Positions 27,139 to 35,642 of a DNA stretch of 64,000 nucleotides are shown here, piece after piece (position 1 is the first letter of the stretch; each line of letters starts with the position of its first letter). Location of the stretch: assembly GCA_964641815.1 (NCBI GenBank), contig CAZXKN010000116.1:1889-65888 (forward strand). Direction: 5' to 3'. The notes under the pieces are model-generated. The model made no database searches. It was not told the DNA's origin and was given only the letters and a program-made list of their open reading frames with translations. A program made the position numbers and the translations under genes. Origin of the DNA: an uncultured Gemmatimonadaceae bacterium. GTDB taxonomy: Bacteria > Gemmatimonadota > Gemmatimonadetes > Gemmatimonadales > GWC2-71-9.

Positions 27139-28266
27139 ATGCGAGAACGACTTGGGTACGCAGCGCTCTTGGTGATCGCCTGCAGCGGCGGTAAGTCGGC
27201 CGCCAGCCAGGAGCCGCCTGCCGGGATGGTGCCGCAACAAATCGCCGGGCACACGTTGTTTCTGCGCACCGGATTCAAGATCAACGTCTTCGCGGACCTC
27301 GGTGGGGTGCGCAACCTGGTGCTGGGACCTGGGGGCGCGGTCTACGCGGCGTTGCAGGGTCCCGGCCGAGTGGTCCGGCTCGCCCACGCCTCGGGAGACA
27401 GCACGGCCGGCGCCACCGAGGACGTCGCCACCGGGCTGAACGGTCCATTCGGGATCGCCTTCCGTGGCGACACGATGTACGTCGGCGAGCAGACTCGCGT
27501 GACGCGATTTGCTCCCGGGAGCACCGCCGGTCAGGCGATCGTTTCCGGGCTGCCCTCGGGCGGCCACAGCACCCGGACGGTCGTGTTCGGTCCGGACGGC
27601 CTGATGTACGTCGCGGTCGGATCTTCGTGCAACATTTGCGACGAGTCCGACCCGCGCCGCGCGGCGGTCACCCGTTTCAACCCAGACGGGTCGGGGGAGC
27701 ACCGCTTCGCGACAGGACTGCGCAACTCGGTGGGACTCGCCTTCAACCCGTCGACCAGTGAGCTGTGGGCGACGAACAACGACCGCGACAACATCGGCGG
27801 CTCGAATACCGCGATGACGGACGACCTGCCCCCCGAGCATCTCAACATCCTCAAGGACGGCAAGTTCTACGGCTGGCCGAAGTGCTATCTGCCAGGCAAG
27901 CCGAACCCTGAATACGCGAGCGCCGACTGCTCCACGGTCGAGCCTCCCGCGATCACCTTCCAGGCGCACTCGGCCCCGCTCGGCATCACGTTCTATACCG
28001 GTTCGGCGTTCCCCGGCTACAAGGGTGATGCGTTCCTCACGTATCACGGCTCGTGGAACCGCAGGGTCCCCACCGGCGCGAAGGTCGTGCACGTGAAGGT
28101 GGAGAGTGGCAAGCCGGTCTCGATCGAAGACTTCGTCACCGGCTGGCAGCTGCCCGACGGCTCGCGCTGGGGCCGTCCCGTAGCGGTGCTCGCGCTGCCC
28201 GATGGGTCGCTCCTGATTTCGGATGATCAGGGCGGGAAGATCTGGCGGGTGACGTATGGGAAGTAA
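27139..28266 (+). CDS. PQQ-dependent sugar (glucose/sorbosone) dehydrogenase-family beta-propeller
   Basis: 375 aa with a lipoprotein-like N-terminus (LLVIACSGG). Contains HSTRTVVFGPDGLMYVAVGSSCN and the DDLPPEHLN... pattern typical of soluble aldose/sorbosone dehydrogenases. Confidence 0.8.
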   Translation: MRERLGYAALLVIACSGGKSAASQEPPAGMVPQQIAGHTLFLRTGFKINVFADLGGVRNLVLGPGGAVYAALQGPGRVVRLAHASGDSTAGATEDVATGLNGPFGIAFRGDTMYVGEQTRVTRFAPGSTAGQAIVSGLPSGGHSTRTVVFGPDGLMYVAVGSSCNICDESDPRRAAVTRFNPDGSGEHRFATGLRNSVGLAFNPSTSELWATNNDRDNIGGSNTAMTDDLPPEHLNILKDGKFYGWPKCYLPGKPNPEYASADCSTVEPPAITFQAHSAPLGITFYTGSAFPGYKGDAFLTYHGSWNRRVPTGAKVVHVKVESGKPVSIEDFVTGWQLPDGSRWGRPVAVLALPDGSLLISDDQGGKIWRVTYGK

Positions 28267-28395
28267 GGGCGGACGAGGGCGGACGAAGGCGGGAGAGGTC
28301 TACGTCGTGATGGGGATGGGAATCGCTCTGGTCGGGGCTACGTGGGGGTTTTCCCTCTACCGCCCTCTACCGACTTCGTCCGCCTTCTCCCGCCC
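28267..28395 (+). repeat. unit-built hairpin H3 (decamer GGGCGGACGA arms) enclosing the start of the next gene
   Basis: 28267-28299 pairs with 28363-28395 (33 positions, 5 mismatches, 1 G-U). The left arm starts 1 nt after the upstream TAA. GGGAGAGG (28291-28298) lies in the left arm. GTG 28307, ATG 28310 and ATG 28316 lie in the 63-nt loop. Confidence 0.8.
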
Positions 28396-29074
28396 GGACA
28401 TCCACTCGGAGTACGTCAAGTATCTCTCGGGTAAGGACACCCTTACCGCCTATCTGGCCTATCCCGAGCGGCGCGATCCGGCCCCGGCGGTGATCGTGAT
28501 TCACGACATCTACGGCATGGGCGACCGGCTGCGGCCGGCGGTCGAGCTCCTGGCGCAGCGGGGATTCGTGGCGATCGGGCCGGACCTCCTGTCGCGTGCG
28601 GGCGGCACGCCGGCCACGTCCGACTCCGCACGACGGCTGATCTCGGGTCTCGATCCCGACGCCGTCACGCGCGATCTCGATGCGACCTACGCCTATCTCC
28701 GGACGATCAAGGCGGTGCGGGGCGATCACATCGGGGTCATCGGGTTCTGCTGGGGCGGGAGCCAGAGCTTCCGGTACGCCACGAACAATCCGAATCTCAA
28801 GGCGTTCGTCGTCTGCTACGGCTCGGCGCCCGATACTATGGCGCTGGCGCGGATCAAGACAAAGGGACTCGGTGTGTACGCGGAGAACGACGCGCGCATC
28901 GGCGCCGGGCTGCCGGGCCTGGACACGGCGGTCAAACGCCTGCGGCTCGACTACCAGTACCGCGTGTACCCGGGCGTCGGCCACGCTTTCCTCCAGACGC
29001 GTGAAAAGCCCGATGTGGCGGACACGGCGTGGGCCGCGATCGAGGGGTTTTTCCGATCCCAGCTCGGCCGCTGA
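28310..29074 (+). CDS. dienelactone hydrolase family protein
   Basis: AYLAYPERRDPAPAVIVIHDIYGMGD, nucleophile-elbow context IGVIGFCWGG, C-terminal YPGVGHAF. The start is uncertain (GTG 28307, ATG 28310 or ATG 28316). The track start at 28256 overlaps the upstream gene and the hairpin arm. Confidence 0.8.
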   Translation: MGMGIALVGATWGFSLYRPLPTSSAFSRPDIHSEYVKYLSGKDTLTAYLAYPERRDPAPAVIVIHDIYGMGDRLRPAVELLAQRGFVAIGPDLLSRAGGTPATSDSARRLISGLDPDAVTRDLDATYAYLRTIKAVRGDHIGVIGFCWGGSQSFRYATNNPNLKAFVVCYGSAPDTMALARIKTKGLGVYAENDARIGAGLPGLDTAVKRLRLDYQYRVYPGVGHAFLQTREKPDVADTAWAAIEGFFRSQLGR

Positions 29075-29526
29075 CGGTCGGGGCGGCACTCGCCGCCGCC
29101 CTGCTGGGCTGCTCCGACTCCGCGCCGTTCCGGCCTCCCGGCGCGTCGCTCGTTGTGACGGTGCAGGCGTATCACTGCTCGGGCGGCTGTGGGTCGCCGA
29201 GTGGCCCGGTCGATACGGTGCAACGAGGCGATACCGCTCTCGTGCGACTCGCGGTCGCGGACACGTCAGGGAGCAGCACGATCGCGCTCCTCCGTCCTGA
29301 CTGCGCCGTCAACGTCACGATCCTCGGCGGGACGACGCAGCACACGCTGCCCGCTGCCGCAACCTGTCCTGATTCCGGAATCTCGGTCGACATGGGTTCG
29401 GTTCCCTATCTGCGGGACATCGAGTGGATCGTGGATGGGTCGTTCGCGGCGGGGGACTACACGCTGCGCGGCGATATCGTCGTCGACCCTCCCGTGACGG
29501 GCCGGCGGCCGGTGCACGTCCGCTAG
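29029..29526 (+). CDS. hypothetical lipoprotein
   Basis: 165 aa with lipobox AALLGCS. Four further Cys residues. No recognised domain. The start is uncertain because ATG 29029 overlaps the previous gene by 46 nt. Confidence 0.5.
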   Translation: MGRDRGVFPIPARPLTVGAALAAALLGCSDSAPFRPPGASLVVTVQAYHCSGGCGSPSGPVDTVQRGDTALVRLAVADTSGSSTIALLRPDCAVNVTILGGTTQHTLPAAATCPDSGISVDMGSVPYLRDIEWIVDGSFAAGDYTLRGDIVVDPPVTGRRPVHVR

Positions 29527-29539
29527 ACGGTCGCGCGCG

Positions 29540-30850
29540 TCAGGGGGCGTGGCTCGAGCGGTTGAGGATGTACTCGCGCGCGCGGTCGAGCGGCGCGTCC
29601 TTCCCGGCGAGGAATTCCGACACACTCACATCGACCGGCAGCTCGGGTGCGATGCCGATGCCCTGAATCTCCGTGCCGTCGGGAAAAGCGTCACGCGTGA
29701 CGGTGAGCCGCAAGCGCCAGTCTCGGTGCAGGCGCAGCTCGCTGACCTGTCCCGCGCTGCCCGCCGACGGCTCGCCGATGATCGGGCCCCGCCCCGCGTT
29801 GCGATAGGCGATGAGCATGTCCTCGGCGCTCCCCCCCGTGCGGGAGGACGACAACATGGCCACCGGTCCCGGGAAGACGGGAAGGTCGGAGCGGGCAGCG
29901 ATCGTGTCGGGGGGCGCCGCAAACCACGCCCCGGCCGAGTCGGGCATGTCCTGGCCGCGGTAGGCGGGACGGTACTGCGGGGTGCGCCAGCGCGAGGTGA
30001 GGAGCGGCCCGCGGACCAGGCGGCCGAGGATCCGGTACCCCGTTTCCCGGCCGCCGCCCACGCCGTCGTGCTCGCGGAGATCGAGGATCATGCCGCGCAC
30101 CGCGGCGAAGTCGGGGAACGCGCGATCGAACGCGCGCGCCACGCCGGGGTCGGCGAACGAGGACAGGCGCACCCAGACGATGGAATCGGCGAGGGTATCA
30201 ACCTGAAGCGGGACGGGAGCGAGCGGCCAGCGATCGAGCAGCGACACGCTGCGCGTCACGCTGGCGCCCCGCTCCTCGCCGCCGGGGAGCCGGAGCAGCA
30301 GGTGCAGGGCAGTACCTTTCTCTCCGTCGAGCATGCGCGCGACGGCGAGGTCCCACCGGGCCGCGTCGGTGGAGGCGGCGATCTGGGGCAGCACCGAATC
30401 GCGGATCCAGCGCTCCGCCGGGATGCCCTGCACTGCGAGGATCTCGGTGTTGCGCTGTGGATGCGCCACGCGCAGCTCGTCGTTGTCGGCGAAGTCGACG
30501 AGGAACGGGCGCCGTTCGACGCTCCGCAACACGACGGGAGGACGCCCCCAGCGCCCCGCGATCGCCGCTGGCGGCACGATCATCGCCTGGCCGTCGTCGA
30601 GCAGGGCGACCAGGCGTTGCAGGCGACGGAAGTAGGCGAGCGGCGGCTCGCGCCCGTTGGCGGCACCCAGGACGTCGGCGAAACCGGAGTCCCAGTCCGC
30701 GTGGATCCGGTCCCAGGCGGGATCGTTGTATCGCGCCTCCGCCCAGACGGCGGCGGCGATGCGGGCGCGCTCCACCGGCGCGATCTGCTGCGCCAGGAGC
30801 GGCACACTCCAGGCGACACTCAGAAGCGAGAGGCGCAACGGTGACGGCAT
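29540..30850 (-). CDS. S41-family (tail-specific/C-terminal processing-like) serine peptidase, secreted
   Basis: 436 aa with signal peptide MPSPLRLSLLSVAWSVPLLAQQ. S41-like core: GMILDLREHDGVGGG, AMLSSSRTGGSAEDML, GEPSAG. Confidence 0.65.
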   Translation of the reverse strand: MPSPLRLSLLSVAWSVPLLAQQIAPVERARIAAAVWAEARYNDPAWDRIHADWDSGFADVLGAANGREPPLAYFRRLQRLVALLDDGQAMIVPPAAIAGRWGRPPVVLRSVERRPFLVDFADNDELRVAHPQRNTEILAVQGIPAERWIRDSVLPQIAASTDAARWDLAVARMLDGEKGTALHLLLRLPGGEERGASVTRSVSLLDRWPLAPVPLQVDTLADSIVWVRLSSFADPGVARAFDRAFPDFAAVRGMILDLREHDGVGGGRETGYRILGRLVRGPLLTSRWRTPQYRPAYRGQDMPDSAGAWFAAPPDTIAARSDLPVFPGPVAMLSSSRTGGSAEDMLIAYRNAGRGPIIGEPSAGSAGQVSELRLHRDWRLRLTVTRDAFPDGTEIQGIGIAPELPVDVSVSEFLAGKDAPLDRAREYILNRSSHAP

Positions 30851-32042
30851 GGCCGTAATCTATTTGGTCTTCCTCATCTCGCCCCAGGTGCTGCTGTACC
30901 GCTACCTGTGGGTGCGGCTGCCTGATCCCACGTCTGCGACGCAGACGCGGCTCGTGCGGCTGGGACTGTCGCTCGTGTTCGCGGCGTTCGACTTCCCCTG
31001 GGTCTTCGTCGCGCGTCGCGTCCTGTTCGGCAGCGTGTGGGCGGGCGGCGGCGTGCCGATGCTGGCGCCCTGGCTCGCGTGGCAGCTGCTCGGCTGGATG
31101 TTCGGCGCCGCGGTGAGTGTGTACATCGGCGTCAAGGCGGTGGTGTGGACGGTGCGCAAACTGCGCGGGACCGCGGTTCCCACCACTCCGGGGCCACGCC
31201 TCTCACGGCGCCGCTTCCTGGCTCGTGCCACCTACGCGTATGCTGCCACCGGTCTCACCCTGACCGGGTACGGAGTCGCGAGCGCCCGGCGCGTCCCCGG
31301 CGTCACGCGGCGCGTGCTGACGTTCCCCGACCTGCCGCCGGCGTTTGACGGGCTCACGATCCTGCACGTCTCAGATGTCCACGCCGGCCAGTTCATGGAG
31401 CGCGACCAGATGCAGGAGGTGGTGGCGCGCGCCAACGCGCAGCGCGCCGATCTCATCCTGCAGACCGGCGACATGATCGACTACTCGCCGAGCTACATCC
31501 CGGCATACGTGCGCGCCTTCCGCGACCTCCAGGCTCCGCTCGGCGTCGTCACCTGCCTCGGGAATCACGACCTCTATACCGGGGCGAAGAAGGTGATCCA
31601 GGGCGTGCGCGACGCGGGCCAGATCGTGGTGCGTGGCGGGACGCACCTCATCGAGCGCAACGGGTCGACGCTCGTGATCGCCGGGATCGACGATCCCGAC
31701 AACTGGCTGTTCGACGATCCGCAGACGCTCGCCGTCGATCGTGTGCTGCGCGTCGCTCCCGCGGGGGCGTTCACCATTCTGCTGGCGCATCGCCCGGGCG
31801 CGTTCGATACGGCGCGGCAGCGCGGTGTCCCGCTCACGCTGTCGGGGCACATCCACGGCGGGCAGATCGCCATTCCGTTGTTGGGGTGGTCGGCCGGGCA
31901 GCTGATTACCAAATACGTCGCGGGGCACTTCGTGTCGGGCGCGAGCCAGTTGTACGTCAGCCGCGGCATCGGCGTGGTGGGGGTACCGATCCGCGTATTC
32001 GTGCCGCCGGAGCTTGCGCTGCTCGAGCTGCGCCGGGGCTAG
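30849..32042 (+). CDS. membrane-anchored metallophosphoesterase (calcineurin-like)
   Basis: Trimmed from 30657 to MAVIYLVFLISPQVLLYRY (3-4 N-terminal TM helices). Phosphoesterase motifs: ILHVSDVHAG, QTGDMID, LGNHD, GHIHGG. An alternative GTG start lies at 30887. Confidence 0.8.
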   Translation: MAVIYLVFLISPQVLLYRYLWVRLPDPTSATQTRLVRLGLSLVFAAFDFPWVFVARRVLFGSVWAGGGVPMLAPWLAWQLLGWMFGAAVSVYIGVKAVVWTVRKLRGTAVPTTPGPRLSRRRFLARATYAYAATGLTLTGYGVASARRVPGVTRRVLTFPDLPPAFDGLTILHVSDVHAGQFMERDQMQEVVARANAQRADLILQTGDMIDYSPSYIPAYVRAFRDLQAPLGVVTCLGNHDLYTGAKKVIQGVRDAGQIVVRGGTHLIERNGSTLVIAGIDDPDNWLFDDPQTLAVDRVLRVAPAGAFTILLAHRPGAFDTARQRGVPLTLSGHIHGGQIAIPLLGWSAGQLITKYVAGHFVSGASQLYVSRGIGVVGVPIRVFVPPELALLELRRG

Positions 32043-32614
32043 CCAGACTGGGCGATCGCCGCCCAGGCGGCCTCGCGGCACACCGTCACCCCGCCGCTGT
32101 TCGTCCCCCACTCCCGCGTCACGATCCGCTCCATCGCGACGCGTACCACGCCGAGCCAGGCTGCGGCGAGGGCGTCCACGCCGCCGCTGCGGACCAGCCC
32201 GTCGGCCTTGCCCTGCGCCACGAGTCCCTCGAGCCCGCCGCGAAACTCGCGCGCCGCGGTCCGGGCGCGCTCGTCCAGCAGGGCGGTGTGGTCCTGAAAG
32301 AAGAAGAGGCGCACGACCGCGGGCTCGCGCCCGGCGCCCCGCACCAGCGCCGCGGCGAGATGGGCGAGCTTGTGGGGCAGCGATTCCGCCGCAGCGTCCG
32401 CTTCGCGCACCCGCTCGGCGGCCCATGCCGCGGCGTCGCGATACACCTCGCTCAAGAGCGCCTGCTTCCCGGGGAAGTGCCGGTACAGGGCGCCCTCGGC
32501 GACGCCGGCATGGCGAGCGATGTCGCTGGTGGTCGTGGCGCGGTAACCCTGTGCGGTGAACAGCTCGAGTCCAGCACGCAGCAGCCGTTCCCGCGTGAGA
32601 TCGGCCTGCTTCAC
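32039..32614 (-). CDS. TetR-family transcriptional regulator
   Basis: 191 aa with N-terminal HTH RERLLRAGLELFTAQGYRATTTSDIARHAGVAEGALYRHFPGKQALL. Confidence 0.9.
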   Translation of the reverse strand: MKQADLTRERLLRAGLELFTAQGYRATTTSDIARHAGVAEGALYRHFPGKQALLSEVYRDAAAWAAERVREADAAAESLPHKLAHLAAALVRGAGREPAVVRLFFFQDHTALLDERARTAAREFRGGLEGLVAQGKADGLVRSGGVDALAAAWLGVVRVAMERIVTREWGTNSGGVTVCREAAWAAIAQSG

Positions 32615-32660
32615 AGGAGGGCGAATCTAATTAGCTTTCGCGCGCTTCGTCCCGGTCAGC

Positions 32661-32680
32661 AAACCTCCGTTCGGAGATTT
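32661..32680. promoter_or_regulatory. candidate TetR operator palindrome in the divergent intergenic region
   Basis: AAACCTCCGT|TCGGAGATTT matches in 8 of 10 half-site positions and lies 8 nt upstream of the ATG at 32688. A nearby AT-rich palindrome CTAATTAG sits at 32627-32634. Confidence 0.45.
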
Positions 32681-32687
32681 CCGCCGC

Positions 32688-33821
32688 ATGCGTATGCTGG
32701 TGCTCGGCGCGGGCCTGCAGGGGTCCGCGTGTGCCTTCGATCTGGTGCAGCAAGAGAGAGTCAGCCACGTCACGCTGGCCGACATCCAACCCGAGCGCGC
32801 AGCCGGATTCGTGAAGCCGTTCGCGGGGAAGAAACTGACCCTTGCGAAACTCGACGTGCAGGACCCCGCCGCGCTCGCGGCGTTGCTCGCGGGCCATGTC
32901 GCGGTGCTCAACGCGCTGCCGTATTACTTCAATCTCGACGTGACGCGGGCAGCCGTGGCTGCCGGGCTGCACTACGCCGACCTGGGCGGCAACACCGAGA
33001 TCGTCTTCAACCAGAAGAAGCTCGATGGTGACGCCCGTGCGCAGAATGTCTCCGTCATCCCCGACTGCGGCCTCGCTCCCGGCATGGTCAACATTCTGGC
33101 GGCTGAAGGCATCCGCCGCGTGGGGGCCGCCGACAGCGTGAAGATCTTCGTCGGTGGGCTGCCGCAGCACCCCGAGCCGCCGCTCAATTATCAGATCGTC
33201 TACTCGCTCGAGGGGGCGCTCGACTATTACACGACGCCGTCGTGGGTTCTGCGGGAAGGCAAGCCGGCCCGTGTCGACGCCCTGTCGGAGCTCGAGACGG
33301 TAGGGTTCCCGCCGCCGGTCGGGACGCTCGAGGCGTTCCACACCGGCGGCGGCATCTCCACCATGCCCTGGGCCTACGAAGGCCGTGTGCGCACGATGGA
33401 ATACAAGACGCTGCGCTATCCGGGACACATGGCGATCATGCGGCCGATCCGGGAGCTCGGGCTGCTCGACATCACGCCCCTCAAAGTGAAGGGGAAGGAG
33501 ATCGTGCCGCGCGACGCCTTCATTGCCGCGGTGTCGCCCAAGCTCAACAAGCCGGCGGGCCGCGACCTGGTCGCGTTGCGCGTCGACGTCTCGAGCCACA
33601 ACGGCACGCGCGCGTCGTGGGAGCTGCTCGACTACTACGACGAGGCGCGCGGCATCAGCGCCATGATGCGCACCACGGGCTATTCGCTCTCGATCACCGG
33701 CCTGATGCAGGCGGACGGACGCATCACGACGCGCGGCGTGCAGACACCCGATGAGGCGGTGCCGTTCGCGGCCTATGTGAGCGAGCTGAAGCGGCGCGGA
33801 GTCGATATCCGCGAGATCTGA
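32688..33821 (+). CDS. saccharopine dehydrogenase-like NAD(P)-binding oxidoreductase
   Basis: 377 aa with N-terminal Rossmann MRMLVLGAGLQGSACAFDL. Length and layout match the Sacchrp_dh N and C domains. Confidence 0.8.
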   Translation: MRMLVLGAGLQGSACAFDLVQQERVSHVTLADIQPERAAGFVKPFAGKKLTLAKLDVQDPAALAALLAGHVAVLNALPYYFNLDVTRAAVAAGLHYADLGGNTEIVFNQKKLDGDARAQNVSVIPDCGLAPGMVNILAAEGIRRVGAADSVKIFVGGLPQHPEPPLNYQIVYSLEGALDYYTTPSWVLREGKPARVDALSELETVGFPPPVGTLEAFHTGGGISTMPWAYEGRVRTMEYKTLRYPGHMAIMRPIRELGLLDITPLKVKGKEIVPRDAFIAAVSPKLNKPAGRDLVALRVDVSSHNGTRASWELLDYYDEARGISAMMRTTGYSLSITGLMQADGRITTRGVQTPDEAVPFAAYVSELKRRGVDIREI

Positions 33822-33904
33822 TAAGCGCTTTCGGCACCGGTCCATGAACGCCTCTTCACCTTGTCTTGAAAGAACCTTGTGCCGCCGCGTGCGAGACTGC
33901 CGCC

Positions 33905-34477
33905 ATGGCGCTCGACTTCCGCAGGCTCTGGCAGCAGGCGACACCCTACCACGAATTCGTCCGGGATGCGGCCGCAAACCGTGAGCTGTGGGCCTCGATG
34001 GAGCGGATCGCGCAGATTCCCGAGTGGGCGATCGCGGCGGTCCGGACCTCGGGAGAGAAGTTCAACTTCCTGGTGATCGCCGAAGACTGGTGCGGGGATG
34101 GGACGAGCACGATCCCCTATCTTGCCAAGCTCGCGACGATCACCCGCTGTATCGAAGTCCGGGTGCTGCGACGCGATGAGCACCCGGAAGCGATGGATCG
34201 CTATCTCACCGACGGGGCGCGCGCAATTCCGATCGTGATCGTCTTGAACCGGCATCTCGAGGAGCTGGGCCATTGGGGTCCACGCCCCGCAGACCTGCAG
34301 GAGTGGGTGCGCAGCGAGCGAGCGAAAACCGGAGTGAAGCCGCCCTACCCGCAGATCCGGCGCTGGTATGCGCGGGACAAGGGGATCGCGACGCTGCGGG
34401 AGGTGTTGGAGCTGTTCGCGAAGAAGCCGTCAGCTGTCAGCCCTCAGCCGTTAGCTGTTTCGGCAATGACTGGCTGA
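33905..34477 (+). CDS. thioredoxin-fold family protein (single-Cys WCGD motif)
   Basis: Trimmed to MALDFRRLWQQATPYHEF. Contains FLVIAEDWCGDGTSTIPYL and AIPIVIVL. The last ~16 codons (KKPSAVSPQPLAVSAMTG) are encoded by hairpin H4. Confidence 0.7.
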   Translation: MALDFRRLWQQATPYHEFVRDAAANRELWASMERIAQIPEWAIAAVRTSGEKFNFLVIAEDWCGDGTSTIPYLAKLATITRCIEVRVLRRDEHPEAMDRYLTDGARAIPIVIVLNRHLEELGHWGPRPADLQEWVRSERAKTGVKPPYPQIRRWYARDKGIATLREVLELFAKKPSAVSPQPLAVSAMTG

Positions 34478-34492
34478 TAGCTGACAGCTGAC
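34429..34492. repeat. unit-built hairpin H4 (heptamer GTCAGCT / AGCTGAC arms) between convergent genes
   Basis: 34429-34449 pairs with 34472-34492 (21 bp, 2 mismatches) with a 22-nt loop. The plus-strand stop (34475-34477) lies inside the right arm. The minus-strand stop (34498) is 6 nt beyond. Confidence 0.8.
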
Positions 34493-34497
34493 AGCAG

Positions 34498-35640
34498 TCA
34501 GTAACTCCAGCTGCTCCCAAACAAGAATTGATGCCCATCTGACCCGAACCCCGCGCCGGCCACCAGCACCCCGTTGCGGCCGAAGCGGATCATCAGCTCT
34601 CCGCCGGCACTCGAGTGCAGATCGTGGGTGGTCAGCTGGAACGCGCTGCCTGAGCCGAAGACGCGGCCCGTGTCGTAGAACCCGACCAGCTTGACCTCGA
34701 GGATCGTCGGCGCGTAGAGCAGCGCGTAGCGCACCTCGACGCCGCCGAGCAGCTTGTCCGGCCCGATGAAGCGCGAGTCGTAGTATCCCCGCAGGCTGCG
34801 GTACCCGCCCACGCCGACGTACGGCCGTCCCGACGATTCGATTACCTGCATCACCGAGATGCTCGGGCCGCCGCTCATCCGCTCGCCCAGCACCCGTCCC
34901 GCCAGCATGATCCGCTCCGTCGGGTGCACGTACGCCTGCACACCGACGGTGGTGCGATTGTAGTGCTGCGCCGTGGCGAGCAGCGCTTCCGCGAGGACGC
35001 CAGAGTGGGGGTCGATCTCGTTGTCGCGCGTATCGGCGACGAGACCGGCGCGCAGCGCGGCATCGTTCCAAGGTGCCGAATCGGCGATGCCGGCGGTGCG
35101 GTCGCGCACGAACAGCCCGTCGCCGGGGAGGGTGCGGAATGTCGTGTGCTCGAGCGAGCCTCCGACCAGCAGGCGCAGCGGTCCCGCGAGGCGCCGCTGC
35201 AGCGTCAGGCGCGCGAGGTCCGAGGTGCGGCTCACGCGATAGAAGTAGGGCGTGAACGGCGTATTGCTGTCGGCGTCGAAGCGCGTGTCGTTGCCGATGC
35301 CGAAGTAGCCGAGCCGGTTGGCCCGCAGGGCATCGAGGGTGACGGCGGCGCGCCACCCCTCCCACAGGGCCGGGGCCTGCGCATCGAGCTCCACCAGGTA
35401 ACTCCCCTGCGTGCTCGCGCCGGCGGTGAGCGTGAGGGCGGCGCGGTTCGGCTCGGGGCGCTCGCGGAACCCGATGGAACTGTAGACTCTCGCATAGCCT
35501 GCGATCCACCAGCCGTCGATCGAGCTGTAGTAGCCGTAGGGCGTGTAGGTGAAGTCCCAAAGCGGCTTCACCTCCGGCTGTTGTGCGGCGAGGCACCGCG
35601 CCGCGAGCACGGAGATGAACAGGACGGCGGCGCGGCGCAC
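34498..35640 (-). CDS. outer-membrane beta-barrel protein, Omp85/surface-antigen (D15)-like
   Basis: 380 aa with a signal peptide, alternating-residue beta strands, and the terminal motif GHQFLFGSSWSY (aromatic C-terminus). Contains YYDSRFIGPDKLLGGVEVRY, as in bacterial surface antigen barrels. Confidence 0.65.
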   Translation of the reverse strand: MRRAAVLFISVLAARCLAAQQPEVKPLWDFTYTPYGYYSSIDGWWIAGYARVYSSIGFRERPEPNRAALTLTAGASTQGSYLVELDAQAPALWEGWRAAVTLDALRANRLGYFGIGNDTRFDADSNTPFTPYFYRVSRTSDLARLTLQRRLAGPLRLLVGGSLEHTTFRTLPGDGLFVRDRTAGIADSAPWNDAALRAGLVADTRDNEIDPHSGVLAEALLATAQHYNRTTVGVQAYVHPTERIMLAGRVLGERMSGGPSISVMQVIESSGRPYVGVGGYRSLRGYYDSRFIGPDKLLGGVEVRYALLYAPTILEVKLVGFYDTGRVFGSGSAFQLTTHDLHSSAGGELMIRFGRNGVLVAGAGFGSDGHQFLFGSSWSY

Positions 35641-35642
35641 GC

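Noticed and set aside
33905-34477. Possible selenoprotein or UGA recoding near selD (thioredoxin-fold WCGDG motif)
   Set aside because: The ORF is continuous with no in-frame TGA at the redox motif. I saw no pair of same-frame ORFs in the window split by a single TGA. There is no evidence for Sec recoding here.
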